Positions 1 through 13,730 of a stretch of DNA of 64,000 bases are shown piece after piece. The position numbers and the translations under genes were made by a program. How positions within the stretch are numbered: the first letter of the stretch is position 1; each line of letters begins with the position of its first letter. Source of the stretch: Macrostomum lignano. Taxonomy: Eukaryota. The notes below the pieces were generated by a model, which made no database searches, was not told where the DNA came from, and saw nothing but the letters and a program-made list of their open reading frames with translations. The stretch is from positions 310,001-374,000 of the forward strand of contig NIVC01000251.1 in the NCBI GenBank assembly GCA_002269645.1. Reading direction: 5' to 3'.

Positions 1-2
1 TA

Positions 3-1946
3 GTCTGCTTAGGAGGCATCATCGCCCTATCTGTGAAGTCCCTATGGCTTGGTCACACAGAAGCCAGTTTAAAACGATTATGGAGTTTGTCGATAGCTCT
101 ACCGAGAAATCCGTTGGATCTGCTTCGAACGGCATTGCTACCGTTTTTATCAACAGCGGGCACTGGAATTATGATAGCACTAGGCAGCTATCGTTCGGCC
201 GGGGCTAACCCATTAGCAGACTCAGTTGTCATAGTAACCCTGACATTCCTGATCGGATCCGTCCTCACCATTTCAACTAGCGGATTAGCCGCAAATTATT
301 GCTTGACTAATTCGCAATCTGTCGGATTAAATAATCGAACGGTAGTTTGCAATCTAGACAAGCCCCAGTGTCCGATGGTGGCGCTCGATGGTGCGCGAAA
401 TTCCAGCTGCGATTTTCTAGCCTACTACGGAGCCGAGCGAGCCGAGAATGTAATCGAAGGCGCCAATCTTTACGCCCGATTGTTGGAAAGCTTGCCTAAA
501 AATCAAGTATCACCAACTGCTTGGCTTTGGTGTCTGCACTGCGTTCTAGCCTGGCTATGCTTAACCTATTTGCTAGTAAGAGCGGACACGTGGATACGCG
601 GCATTGGCGATAAGCTACAAGGCTGTAAAGCATTGCGCAATTGTCCGTGGACTTGCCGATTCGTAGCCGCTATAATCGTTTGTCCAGCAATGGCCTCTCT
701 TGCCTATTTAATGCAGCACTATCGTCGCACGATAAGCATCCGCGATGTCTATCAGTTGTCGACTGTACGCTGGCTTCCGCTACTCCTGGCCTCTTTAGCT
801 TGTTTAGCAATAAGCCACGGTTACGGCGGAGTTCGCTTTGTGAAAGAAATCGGCGGAGGTGCAGTGATGCGTCCTTGGTTTTTCGGCCTGATTGGCTTTG
901 TCACTCCGGCCCTGACCATAGCGGTTGCCGGGCTGAGAATGCACGTGTCAATAGCGGCGCTGCTTTGGCCGAACGGTGGCAGAGATGGCTACTATTATTA
1001 CGTTAGCAACAAATTGATTAGCAAGACTATGCACATACCAAACTACGCCAATCTAATACTAGCCGTGTCGGCATTTCTATTCTTATTAGCCGGCCTATTT
1101 ACTCCGCTAATCTGGCAGGGAATGTGCCGCAGGCGTCGATGCATAGATCTAGTACAGCCAACTAAGAGTTGGCATCGAAGTCAACAGCTTAACAATCAGA
1201 ATCATCAATCGCCAGAGCAGCAGCAGCATCAACAATCTGGTCAACAGTTTCATCCGCGTCGTAGTCGGCACAACTCCGACGATTCTAGCGCAAACGGCGC
1301 CGACGTAGTTCGCGATCTGGGCGCCACCACCATCGAAGAGTCGCCGATGCTTCATAGCATGCGACCTCAGCAGCATCAGCACTACACTATAGGCTACGGT
1401 AAGGCTGGAAATTCTGGTTCCGCCAGCGCAACGACGGCATCATCGGCTACGATGGACTATAGCATCCGGCATCATAATTATCCAGCGCATCAGCAGCAGT
1501 CAAGCGATCCGACCTCGGCTACAATGTCTTGGCCGCAGAGGCCACCAGTTGCGTCGGCAATGCCCGACGGAGGAGGAGGAGGAAGCGGTAGCAGCTACGG
1601 CACCGTCAGATTTCAAGGCGGTTCTCGAGCTCAAGAGCTACAAAGGACGCCTCCGGTGCAACAGTACTCAACTGCCACTTTGCCGAGCAACAACAGCAAC
1701 GCGTCGTCGTCGGCTGCGGCGGCGGCGGCTGCGGCAGCTAGCGGAGTGATTCGTTTCAACCTGAGCGAAGAGAATCCGACCATGACAAAGACGCTTAATA
1801 GAGGCATATTAAAGAACAAGCACGAAGCCTCGTTTAGACAGCAGCAGCAGCAGCCCGAAATGGTTCCGCTGACAGCTACTAACCACAGCGTAGCACGAAC
1901 CAATGCAGAGCGTCCGCAGCACAGAGGCAGCACAGAGATTTTGTGA
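3..1946 (+). CDS. Divergent SLC6 (sodium:neurotransmitter symporter)-like membrane protein, about TM5-TM12 plus long Q/S-rich C-tail; 5' end lies upstream of the window
   Basis: Frame is open from base 3 (VCLGGIIALSVKSLWL...), and the GTG at 33 is not a true start. Motifs resemble SLC6: FLSTAGTGIMIALGSYRSAGANPLADSVVIV ~ FFSLGxGFGxLIALSSYNxFxNNCYRDAxIV (TM6-7); SHGYGGVRFVKEIGGGAVMRPWFFGLIGFVTPAL ~ WxYGxxRFxxDIxxMxGxRPxxxWxxxWxFVTP (TM11-12). Family call is from motif recall, not a search. Confidence 0.7.
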   Translation, partial: VCLGGIIALSVKSLWLGHTEASLKRLWSLSIALPRNPLDLLRTALLPFLSTAGTGIMIALGSYRSAGANPLADSVVIVTLTFLIGSVLTISTSGLAANYCLTNSQSVGLNNRTVVCNLDKPQCPMVALDGARNSSCDFLAYYGAERAENVIEGANLYARLLESLPKNQVSPTAWLWCLHCVLAWLCLTYLLVRADTWIRGIGDKLQGCKALRNCPWTCRFVAAIIVCPAMASLAYLMQHYRRTISIRDVYQLSTVRWLPLLLASLACLAISHGYGGVRFVKEIGGGAVMRPWFFGLIGFVTPALTIAVAGLRMHVSIAALLWPNGGRDGYYYYVSNKLISKTMHIPNYANLILAVSAFLFLLAGLFTPLIWQGMCRRRRCIDLVQPTKSWHRSQQLNNQNHQSPEQQQHQQSGQQFHPRRSRHNSDDSSANGADVVRDLGATTIEESPMLHSMRPQQHQHYTIGYGKAGNSGSASATTASSATMDYSIRHHNYPAHQQQSSDPTSATMSWPQRPPVASAMPDGGGGGSGSSYGTVRFQGGSRAQELQRTPPVQQYSTATLPSNNSNASSSAAAAAAAAASGVIRFNLSEENPTMTKTLNRGILKNKHEASFRQQQQQPEMVPLTATNHSVARTNAERPQHRGSTEIL

Positions 1947-4169
1947 TCCCGTCAGTTACTCGTACAATATTAGCAGCATATTTGTGTTTCTTTGCGCGCC
2001 TGTCTTTATCCGTAAGTAACAAACAATTAGAATCGAATAGATAAATAATTCGAGTTATAATTCATTCTGATGCATGCTAGTTTTAACATGTTCTGTTTTG
2101 TTTTTTTTAAAACGCAACGATATGCTGCAGCCCGTTGTGTTATTAATTATTTAAAAACTTCAATGGCTTAGTCTATAAATGTTGTAAATTTGTTTGGTTT
2201 TATATGTGCATGTAGGCAAGTACACAAAGGACTTTTTAATAAGTAAATTCTATTATAACAATCATAGCTTCATTTTTAGCCTGAGTTTTAGTCATATTCA
2301 ATGATTTTATCTGTTAATTGATGTTATGTAATATACGTCCGAACATTACTATTGGATTTATGGTATTTGCAAAAAACAGACGAGACGAAAACAATATTTG
2401 TGTAAGACACAATTTTATTACCTTCTATCGCTTGAATATACCGTTTACACGCGAGCATTACATAATCTAAATGTATCTTAAGTGAAACATATACTTTGTT
2501 TTTTAAACCAACCAGATGATTTTTACGGAGTTTTATTGCAATAATTTGTTGCAAAAATATAAGAAATGTTTGCTATACTTTAATTCAGTAACAGTGACAA
2601 AAAATCTAACCATTTCACTTACCTCAGTTGGAAATGAAATTAACGCAAAACTTCGATTATAGTCTCTTGGCCTCAGACCAGTAGAATAACCGCCCCTGGG
2701 CAGAGCCACTACTTCAGAACTGTCAATCATGCCTGGGAGAAAAATTGAATTGTAAAAATGAATATATACGATATGCTCACTCACAAAAATACTCCGCGAA
2801 AGGGTCATTGAATTAAAATACAGAGTTAATGCGATACGACAGGGCAGCTTCTAGCGTATAGTTCTGCATTCAGGACAAAAGATAAACTGCGCCACTTAGC
2901 CCGCATCGCACTTAAAGCCTGATCCACTTATCATGATTATGATTATAATACGGTATTAACTGAAAAATATGTATTACAGAACAATTAATCAGAATAACTC
3001 TCTCTATAATTATCTATAGGAATTAAGTCTGGCCTTTTTAACAATATCTATTCTTTCTATCTCCAATCACAGTTTATCTCTCCCATCTCACTCAGTCTCT
3101 CTCTCTCTCTCCAATCTCATCCAGTCTCTCTCCAGTTTCGTCATTTCTCTCTAATCGCATTCAGTATTATCTCTCTACTATTTTTGTTACTTGCTCATTT
3201 TATTCAGCTTATCTCAAATCTCCTATCTCAAATAGGAGTTTCTTTTTCCTGTCTCTCCAATATTATCCAATATGTCTCTATCAATCAATCAATCTTAGTT
3301 GAACCAGAAGTCAGATTTTATTCCCTAATTATCGATTTAGAAATTCCCATCAACCAATTCGTACATGCAGAATCAGTCGAACAGAATCAAGCGAACACAA
3401 GCGAAAGGTAAATAAGAACTTTCTTCAGCGGGAGTCAAGGAGCCGTGCGAAAACGCGTCTTGGAAATAAAGTCCTACATCACACTTCGAAAAAAACTTCC
3501 CGAAAGTCCCCTTCCTGTGTCTTGTCTTGCTTCGCTGCTGCGCATCTCCCTCTCCCCTCTTGTCCCTTCAAGCCGTCTTCACTTTGAATCGCCCACCCGT
3601 TTCAGGGTGAACAACGGCCGTTTACGACCATTGCGATTGCAGCATATACAGTAATAAATGCCATCCAAACTCTACCGAAAAGTTCTGGGCGATAGAAATT
3701 TTCTGACAATGAAATTTATTAATATAATTATTAGGCGGAAATGCCTTTCAATTAAGCCAATTACGTACACATCCAATTGGCAGATTGGAATTACCTATTA
3801 GAGCAGAAATAATTGGCTATTGGAGGCCGTCAGATGCTAGCTGACTGTACAAAAAATCGTTGTGTATTACATATAATTACTTTGCAGGATTGGATCGCTC
3901 AGTGAAACGAAAAAAACTACGTGTGTGACAATTTGACAATTCAACACAGGCACAAAGTACAACTGCAGCATATTGTAAGCCTCTGAGTTCATTAAAACTA
4001 TCTGTTTGAAAATCACAGTATAATTTTTTTTACCTTTTTACTAAAAAAGGGAACCTCGTGATTATATTTTAAAAAATATAGGGCGTGACATCTCATGAGG
4101 ATCTTACTCTGAAATTTCAACAGAAAATCTTTCTCTCAAATTACACGAAAAGAATTGAAACAAGAGACT

Positions 4170-5120
4170 CTCACCAAGAGAATCTCACCTTCAAATCTCA
4201 CTAAGAGAAGCTCATCCTCAAATCTCACCAAGAGAATCTTACCTTCAAATCTCACCAAGAAAATCTCACCTTCAAATCTCACCAAGAGAATCTCATCCTC
4301 AAATCTCACTAAGTGAATCTGATCCTCAAATCTCACCAAGAGAATTCAAGAGAATCTCACCCTCAAATCTCACCAAGAGAATCTCACTCTCAAATCTCAC
4401 TAAGAGAAGCTCATCCTCAAATCTCACCAAGAGAATCTTACCCTCAAATCTCACCAAGAGAATCTCACCCTCAAATCTCACCAAGAGAATATTGACCTCA
4501 AATCTCACAAACAGAATCTCATCCTCAAATCTCACCAAGAAAATCTCACCCTCAAATCTCACCAAGAGAATCTCACCCTCAAATCTCACCAAGAGAATAT
4601 TGACCTCAAATCTCACAAACAGAATCTCATCCTCAAATCTCACTAAGTGAATCTGATCCTCAAATCTCACCAAGAGAATTCAAGAGAATCTCACCCTCAA
4701 ATCTCACCAAGAGAATCTCACCCTCAAATCTCACCAAGAAAATCTCATCCTCAAATCTCACCAAGTGAATCTGATCCTCAAATCTCACCAAGAGAATTCA
4801 AGAGAATCTCACCCTCAAATCTCACCAAGAAAATCTCACCCTCAAATCTCACCAAGAAAATCTCACCCTCAAATCTCACCAAGAAAATCTCACCCTCAAA
4901 TCTCACCAAGAGAATCTCACCCTCAAATCTCACCAAGAAAATCTCACCCTCAAATCTCACCAAGAGAATCTCACCCTCAAATCTCACAAAGAGAATCTGA
5001 TCCTCAAATCTCACCAAGAGAATCTCACCCTCAAATCTCACCAAGAGAATTCAAGAGAATCTCACCCTCAAATCTCACCAAGAGAATATTGACCTCAAAT
5101 CTCATCAAGAGAATCTCACC
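4170..5120. repeat. 27-bp minisatellite (AGAGAATCTCACCCTCAAATCTCACCA)n
   Basis: Tandem units visible directly; source of the spurious ISPRESHPQ / LVRFEGEI ORFs. Confidence 0.95.
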
Positions 5121-5746
5121 CTCAAATCTTGCCCCTAAATATCACCGAATCATACCAAGAGAATATTGCCTTAAAATGTCACTTTAAAACAGTGCCACTA
5201 GAGAATCTAATCAAAGCTCAGCAAGCATATCTCCGTCGTGAGAAAAAACAGAGCGGAATCCCCTACCCTAAGCGCATACCAGCCGCAAGCAGGAGAGTTT
5301 ATCCACGAAGGCAGATTTTTGAGCCCATCTAATTTATCACGTTTGTTTTCTTCCAACAGTAGCAGCAGCAATAGCAGCACGCCCCCTGGCAACACAAACG
5401 ACGTCCTTGACTTAATATTACTCGACGTTATGGATAAATTTACCAACCCCGGAGGCAAGATTGATTGCTAATGCTGAGAAACAATCATTCAGCCAAGTAA
5501 ACAGGACTCAATACTGTCACATGACTGCAGATTTTATATACTATAGTACATACTTCTACTAAAATAGTCAATCAATTTTAGCGTTAAAGAATAAAAAATA
5601 GAACAGCCAAAAAAGCGTTTTGAAGACCTGAACATGGAAAATTAATGGTTAGCCAAATGCAAGACGCTTGCAAAAAGTTTGAGTGGAAAGTCGATAATTT
5701 TGAGCTCAGGTGCATCTTTGCATGCTCACATCCGTAAGCGTACGCT

Positions 5747-5910
<164 letters not shown>

Positions 5911-7067
5911 ATTTTTAGTATATTTAGTTATAGAAAAATGATGATAGGTAGAACTGATAGAAGTGTTTCCAAGGGCAGCCAGCTTCAGAAAGTGAAAGGG
6001 CAGTTAGCAGCATGCGCGTGACCAAGAGCACGCAGCTTACCGGGTGAAAAGGGGGCAGCCAAGGAAAGTGACTGCCCCCAAACAGCCCCAGTAACTGCAA
6101 AGTCCCGAGCCCTTCACTTTAAGCTCCGAATCCCCCTCCTCCCTCATCTAGTAAGCGCGCGAACTGTTCAAGGCAGGCAGTAGTTAAGTGGAGCTTCGAT
6201 TTCAAACTCCTAATTATGCCGGTATCTTGGGACAAGGCGGACAGACAGACAGGCGGACAGTCTGTGAGAGGCAGGACAAGAGTGAGAGATCCTCAGAGGG
6301 CACGGAGGGACGCTGTAGGCAATTTGCATGAGAATGAGAAATGTGGAGAGAGAGACCATTGGCATCTCCCGTCAACTGATTCCCTCTGACTCTCAGAAAT
6401 CCCCAGGGAGACACTAGACTTAACTATAAGCGGGGTTTAGAAGATTCAGGCGTATTCGCAACGTACAGTAGTAGCACACATCTGTATATACATACACACA
6501 GATCTTGACAGGCGAAAACGAAAAGTAGCCAATTGACGAACTGTGGAGTGCATAGCGAGGCACTTACGTGTAGTAACTAACTGGTAGATTGTAGATAACA
6601 TGTGGACTGATTGCAAACAAACCATGGACTACTCGTACTAAAAAAACTATTAATATAGATTGGCGACTTTCTACAACTGAGGATTTACCATAGACAGTCT
6701 TAGCAAGCGTGAAGCGCGTATTGTGCCTGCCAGCTAAGAATGTCTATGGCCAAAAGACCAACAACTCAGTGCAATGTCAGTGGGTGGGCACTAGACGCCC
6801 AACTATAATTTGCCAATAATAACCATGCGAAATTGAGTATAGTTTAAAACTGTAGTAGGTATGACTGAGTGATTAAGTTCCAAAGAAAAAAACAATTATG
6901 TACGTGTACTTTTTTATTAAAACAGTCTATCATTTGTAGTGTATAAACATAATAACCATAATACTAAGAAGTTATTAAAAAGAAACTTGATAGTTAGCGA
7001 AATGCAAGACACTTGCAAAAATTTGTAGCAAGTCGATAATTTTGATCTCAGGTACTTCTTTGCATGT

Positions 7068-7447
<380 letters not shown>

Positions 7448-8149
7448 ATTATATTCAATTTTTTCTAATTGTCTATGGTAATTGACTGAGCTTTTAATAC
7501 ATAGAAAGAACCTCGTAGCCAACTCGGACCAGACGACATACCTCATGTTCATCCCCCTTGCCCTATGCCCTGTTTATTATCCTATTATCCTAACAAATAA
7601 CGGTTCTCAAGGGGCAGGTGTATTCAAAGATCATTCAGAGAACTAGCAAATTGATTAACTAATACGAAATACGAAATTTGCACACATTCCTAAACTAATA
7701 ACTATAGCAGATAGATTGAATAGGGAAGAGATGCAGCAGATCTGCGATTGCAATCGTAGTACTCCATAGATCATAGTGCATCACTAGAATTGTCCCCTTA
7801 GGCAAAAAAGCAAGTAGGCCATAGTACTGTATGCTGTATGCTGCAGTAGTGCTAGCACCCCAATAGGAATAAATAAGTTTATTAACTCCCCAGTGCAGTC
7901 ACTACGACCCTAATGAGATAAAACACGCAGAATTTAAATGCGCGAATTTGCTGTACCAACAAACTTCGTAAATTCGTACAGTCAAAGAAATCAAATTGAC
8001 TAGCAATCATACCTTATTTAAATTTTCTTAATACTGACCCGAATCACTTCTCATCTGAACAGACATTTGTCTGAATAAGTTTACATTTATTGTTGTATCA
8101 AGAACATTGACAAAGAATCAGACAGAAAGACAAGACACAAGACAGTTAC

Positions 8150-8530
8150 TATGGCAGACAATAAGAAAGTTACTAAGACAGACAATAAGACAGTTACTAA
8201 GGCAGACAATAAGACAGTTACTAAGACAGACAATAAGACCGTTACTAAGACAGACAATAAGACAGTTAATAAGACAGACAATAAGACAGTTACTAAGACA
8301 GACAATAAGACCGTTACTAAGACAGACAATAAGACAGTTAATAAGACAGACAATAAGACAGTTACTAAGACAGACAATAAGACAGTTACTTACACAGTTA
8401 CTACGGCAGCCTTTAAGACAGACACTAAGACAGACCCAAAGACAGACACTATGATAGAGACTAAGACAGTTACTAAGACAGACACTAAGACATACCAAAA
8501 GACGGACACTAAGACAGTTACAAGACAGTA
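8150..8530. repeat. 24-bp minisatellite (AAGACAGACAATAAGACAGTTACT)n
   Basis: Tandem units visible. Confidence 0.95.
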
Positions 8531-8543
8531 ACTAAGATAGATA

Positions 8544-8660
8544 GGGGCCGTACTATAAAGCTGTCGTAGCGTAAGTTTGAGCGTATGTTGGAATTTTTAC
8601 ACTGCGGAGATAGGAGCTAAGAACGATCTTATCTTACGATGGCTTTAAAGAACGGGTTTT
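8544..8660. mobile_element. Short MITE-like element with imperfect terminal inverted repeats (PIF/Harbinger-like ends)
   Basis: Left end GGGGCCGTACTATAAAGCTGTCGTAG versus reverse complement of right end AAAACCCGTTCTTTAAAGCCATCGTAAG. It interrupts the tail of the 24-bp array, which resumes (taagacagttact) after it. Confidence 0.5.
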
Positions 8661-9689
8661 AAGACAGTTACTAAAGGCAGACTCTAATGCAGACATTAAA
8701 ATAAAACACGAAGTCACTAAAAAGATACAGAAAGTACTTGAAACCGTAGTTGACCCTCACAGAAGCCAAATGAATTATTGCACAAACAAACCAACTAGCA
8801 TTTTTCTGCGGTGGACTATTTTGCAGACACTTCGAATCCAATACATCCCTATGCACTGTAGCCAAGTATTAATAAAAAGTGCACGGTTGGAATCGCCATA
8901 ATCTAATATCTCTCTCTCTCTCCATCGGTATTGAAAGACCAGACCACTTTGCGACTATACTAGGCTGCTTGACGACACAAAAGTCAAAGCGGATGTACAC
9001 CCTGTGTGAGCGTGTCGCATTGGATTTGCTCCCGCCACATCGGACTAACAAGTAACTAACCAACAAATCTACGTGTCAAACATTGCGATGCAACGTTTAA
9101 ATATGTCATGCCGGTACGTCCCAATTATGGAAAGATTTTTATAGCCAGCCCCAAGTTAACAACGGTCGGTCCGACTTCATTTTAGGCTTGGTTTTCTCAG
9201 GCGTTCGGTTAACCAGCAAAACTGGATTCATTGCACTCTGCGCCGTGTGTCTCTCCAATCTCTTCTCCCATTTTTCCTTCAGTCTCTCTCTCTTTCTCTT
9301 CCCTCCCCAAACCATCGCTTGAGTGAAAAGCCAGATCGATTTTGGTGCCATCAAAGCTCTCTCTCTCCTTCTCTCCCTCTTCTTTTGCTTTCGTTCTACT
9401 TCAAGGACTATGCAGTGAGGGGAGACATCCAAAGGTTCGGAGAGACACTTCTCGTTCGCCATTTGCATTCACACACTGAGGCGCTGTCTCTCTCTCTCTC
9501 TCTGCCTAATGATTACTGCTCAGAAAGAGCCAAAAAGGTATACTGAATATATAGAGACTAAAGATGGTGTTCTAAGGATCGATTTATTAGATAATATAGC
9601 TCAATCTACAAGAATATATATGAGATCTAATCTACTGTCGAAACTATAGGCTTAAAAAAGATCAGCAGTGATCTCTAATAGTCGAAATT

Positions 9690-10110
9690 TAGTCACGCTT
9701 CCACATCCTCATAGTGGGGCTTCAGTCTCACTTCCACATCCTCGTATTCGAGCTTCAGTCTCACTTTCACATCCTCGTAGTGGACCTTCAGTCACACTTC
9801 CACATCCACATCCTCAAAGTTGGGCTTCAGTCCCACTTCCACATCTTCATAGTGGGGCTTCAGTCTCACTTTCACATCCTCATAGTGGAGCTTCAGTCCC
9901 ACTTCCACATCCTTGTAGTGAAGCTTCAGTCTCACTTCCACATCCTCATAGTGGGGCTTCAGTCTCACTTCCACATCCTCATAGTGGGGCTTCAGTCACA
10001 CTTCCACATCCTCATAGTGGGGCTTCAGTCTCACTTCCACATCCTCATAGTGGGGCTTCAGTCACACTTCCACATCCTCATAGTGGGGCTTCAGCCACTC
10101 TTCAAGATCC
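9690..10110. repeat. 33-bp minisatellite (CACATCCTCATAGTGGGGCTTCAGTCTCACTTC)n
   Basis: Tandem units visible. Confidence 0.95.
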
Positions 10111-10744
10111 TCGGATTAAACAGTAGTCACCCCCACCAGATCGTCAGGCTGAGCTAACCACTCCCAAGCTGATTAGTAATAATTTGTTTGCATGTTACAG
10201 CTTGCTGTCCGGCCCAGTGTTTTGCTTACTAATGACAGGCCAATCTGTATAAGCGTGTTGACATGGCATGAGTCATCGAGCATGACATAAAATATTTCAG
10301 TGTGTCACTCTAGCCGAGAAAATGAGGAATATAATCTTGTCAAAGGAAGAGAAGTGCCACTGACCCAAATAAAGGATTACCAGATTCGTGCGTTATAAAG
10401 AGGCCTCACTGCTAGATACATATCTGTCTTATCTATCTGTCTAAACATAATCCTTCATCACAGCTAGGGGTATTAGAAACACTGACAGGCTATGCTTAGA
10501 GCCAATCCATGGTTATTCGTACTGACTGGAAACATATGGTGAATGTTATGCCAGCTAAAACGAATCTAATGCAGTACTAAAACAAAACGAGTTATCTTTC
10601 TCAACACAGAATTCTGCATTTTTGGCAGGACAGTTCTTACTGCGAGTACTTAAAATTTATAGGAATTTTCAATACAATTTATCTATCAGATTCAAATGCC
10701 TTATGAGAATTGAATCAATCGCTACGCTCCGAAATATTCAGTCT

Positions 10745-11395
10745 GGGTCTTCAGCCACTCTCCTAGATCCTCCTCAGTTGCTGGGTCTTCAGTCACCCTC
10801 CCAGATCCTCAGTTGCTGGGTCTTCAGCCACCCTCCCACATCATCAGTTGCTGGGTCTTCAGCCACCCTCCCAGATCCTCAGTTGCTGGGTCTTCAGCCA
10901 CCCTCCCACATCATCAGTTGTTGGGTCTTCAGCCACCCTCCAAGTTCTTCAGTTGCTGGGTCTTCAGCCACCCTCCCAGATCCTCAGTTGCTGGGTCTTC
11001 AGCCACCCTCCGAGATCCTCAGTTGCTGGGTCTTCAGCCACCCTCCGAGATCCTCAGTTGCTGGGTCTTCAGCCACCCTCCCACATCATCAGTTGTTGGG
11101 TCTTCAGCCACCCTCCAAGTTCTTCAGTTGCTGGGTCTTCAGCCACCCTCCGAGATCCTCAGTTGCTGGGTCTTCAGCCACCCTCCGAGATCCTCAGTTG
11201 CTGGGTCTTCAGTCACCCTCCCAGATACTCAGTTTGCTGTGCCAGCCTCCCAGATCCTCAATTGCTTGGCTTCCCAGATTCTCAGTTGCTGTGCCAGCCT
11301 CCCAGATCCTCAGTTGCTGTGCCAGCCTCCCAGATCCTCAGTTGCTGTGCCAGCCTCCCAGATCCTCAGTTGCTGTGCCAGCCTCCCAGATCTGC
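10745..11395. repeat. Compound minisatellite: 35-bp (CAGATCCTCAGTTGCTGGGTCTTCAGCCACCCTCC)n then 28-bp (CAGATCCTCAGTTGCTGTGCCAGCCTCC)n
   Basis: Tandem units visible; the unit switches near 11225. Confidence 0.95.
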
Positions 11396-12149
11396 AGTTG
11401 ATAGGCAAGCAGACTCCATTCCAGATCCATAGGTTATTTCACTTTCCACCGAAGTCTAGCTTGCTTAGCTATATAGCAACAGAAAAGTTTCTTCAAAGTT
11501 CACGCAAGTTTTCATAAGACTCAGTATAGATATGGTGCAGTTTGTATTCTTACACTAATATACATACTACTCAATCAACTCTCTCTCCCCTAAGGTATCA
11601 AATTCTCAATCGAGATTTTCTATACTAAAATCAACTTGTCTACTTTAGCTGAGCCGGGGGGGTGAGGAAGGCGGGTTAGAGAGAGGAGAGAGGAAAGGCA
11701 GAAGGGGGGGGGGACCATCTGACTTGACTAGCCAAACTGAGAAGCCAGCAGCAGTAGGAAGGAAAAACCAATTTTTGCTTCAAATTGAAGAGATCGGGCC
11801 TGCGGGATGGCCCCAGCAGTCTGGCTCTCCCTCTCTGCCCTTCTCTTCTTCGACTCGATTTGACTCAATCAGTTTAGCTGGCCTGAGTTCAGCAACGGAC
11901 ATGGCAACTGCCTCTGGCTAGTATATTTGCCAGTCTAAAAGCCTATGCCAATTAATGAAATTAGGCTTAATACATTGCTGCTTGTTTAGTTAAGTGCATT
12001 CGCTGCGTGAAATGCGCAGTGTGCGCAATTTGTTTGAGTCTGCTTAGGCATAGGCTGAATTTTTAATCCAATTCACACTTCTGAAGAAAATTGACTGATA
12101 AAAATATTCTGTAAGAAAAAGTACTATCTTAGATAGAAATAGGACACAG

Positions 12150-12805
12150 AAGGGCGCCAAAATAGGAGACCGAAATGCGCCAAAATAGGAGACAGAGAGG
12201 CGCTAAAATAGGAGACCGAAATGCGCCAAAATAGGAGACAGAGAGGCGCTAAAATAGGAGACAGAGAGGCGCTAAAATAGGAGACAGAAAGGCGCTAAAA
12301 TATTAGACAGAAAGGCGCCAAAACAGGAGACAGAGAGGCGCTAAAATAGGAGACAGAGAGGCGCTAAAATAGGAGACAGAGAGGCGCTAAAAAGGAGACA
12401 GAGAGGCGCTAAAATATTAGACAGAAAGGCGCCAAAACAGGAGACAGAAGCGCTAAAATATTAGACAGAAAGGCGACAAAACAGGAGACAGAAGCGCTAA
12501 AATATTAGACAGAAAGGCGACAAAATAGGAGACAGAAAACCGCCAAAATAGGACACAGAGAGGCGCCAAAATAGGAGACAGAGAGGCGCCAAAATAGGAG
12601 ACAGAAGGGCGCCAAAATAGGAGACAGGGGGTGCCAAAATAGGAGACAGAGAAGCGTCAAAAAAGAAGACAGAAAGGCGCCAAAAAAGGAGACAGAAAGG
12701 CGCCAAAATAGGACACAGAAAGGCGCCAAAAAGGACACAGAAAGGCGCCAAAACAGGAGACAGAAGGGCGCCGAAATAGGCGACAGAGGGGCGCCAAAAT
12801 AGGAA
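12150..12805. repeat. About 23-bp minisatellite (AAAATAGGAGACAGAGAGGCGCT)n
   Basis: Tandem units visible. Confidence 0.93.
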
Positions 12806-13429
12806 AAATGGATTCATTATTTTCAAACCCTAGTAACTGCGAACCCGCGTGTGGCGAACCAACCCAAACCCTCTCTTTTATCCTTAATCCTTTAAGACAT
12901 CGAACCGCATCAATCAACTGTGTGCCCCCTGCCCCAGAGGGAACGGGTGAGAAGCTGGCAGGATGGTGCGAAAGGAAAAAAACAGCTAGCTTCAAGGGAA
13001 TCGAAAATCTCAACTCGATCCTCTACTCAGGGATTTTCTCTCCGACCCTCCCCCCCCTCGCGACTCTTAAGGGGACAATTCTGCATCAATTTTCTTAACT
13101 AATTCCCAGCCTCTGACGGGGATTTAACACATCGCACACCTTTTAGCTAAAACGGTTGAAGCCATTAAAATATTATCGCTATATTACTAATGTTAATACC
13201 GACTTAGATTAAGTCCCAAATATCTAGAATATAAACCCTACATATGCTTAACGCTTTAGCCTTTACATTACTACATTTCCTTGTACTACCTACCTAGGCT
13301 GAATAGCTATACTTGCGGGTAGGAATCAGTGAACTAACGATATGTAGAGAATGCAGCGCAAAGCAAGTCTTATTAAGGCGAAATTCTTTGTTTAAATCAT
13401 GTAAATTTTATATGATTTTTTCTGCTATC

Positions 13430-13730
13430 GGGAGTTTCCGGTTTCGGGAAGTTTCCGGGTTTGGGGGAGTTTCCGGGTTTGGGGGAGTTTCCGGGTTTGG
13501 GGGAGTTTCCGGGTTTGGGGGAGTTTCCGGTTATGGGGAAGTTTCCGAGTGTGAGGAAGTTTCCGAGTTTGAGGGAGTTTCCGGGTCTGGGGAAGTTTTC
13601 GGGTTTGGGGAAGTTTCCGAGCTTGGGGAAGTTTCCGAGCTTGGGGAAGTTTCCGAGCTTGGGGAAGTTTCCGAGCTTGGGGAAGTTTTCGGGTTAGGGG
13701 AAGTTTTCGGATTTGGGGAATTTTTTGAGC
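13430..13730. repeat. 18-bp minisatellite (GGGAGTTTCCGGGTTTGG)n
   Basis: Tandem units visible. Confidence 0.93.
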
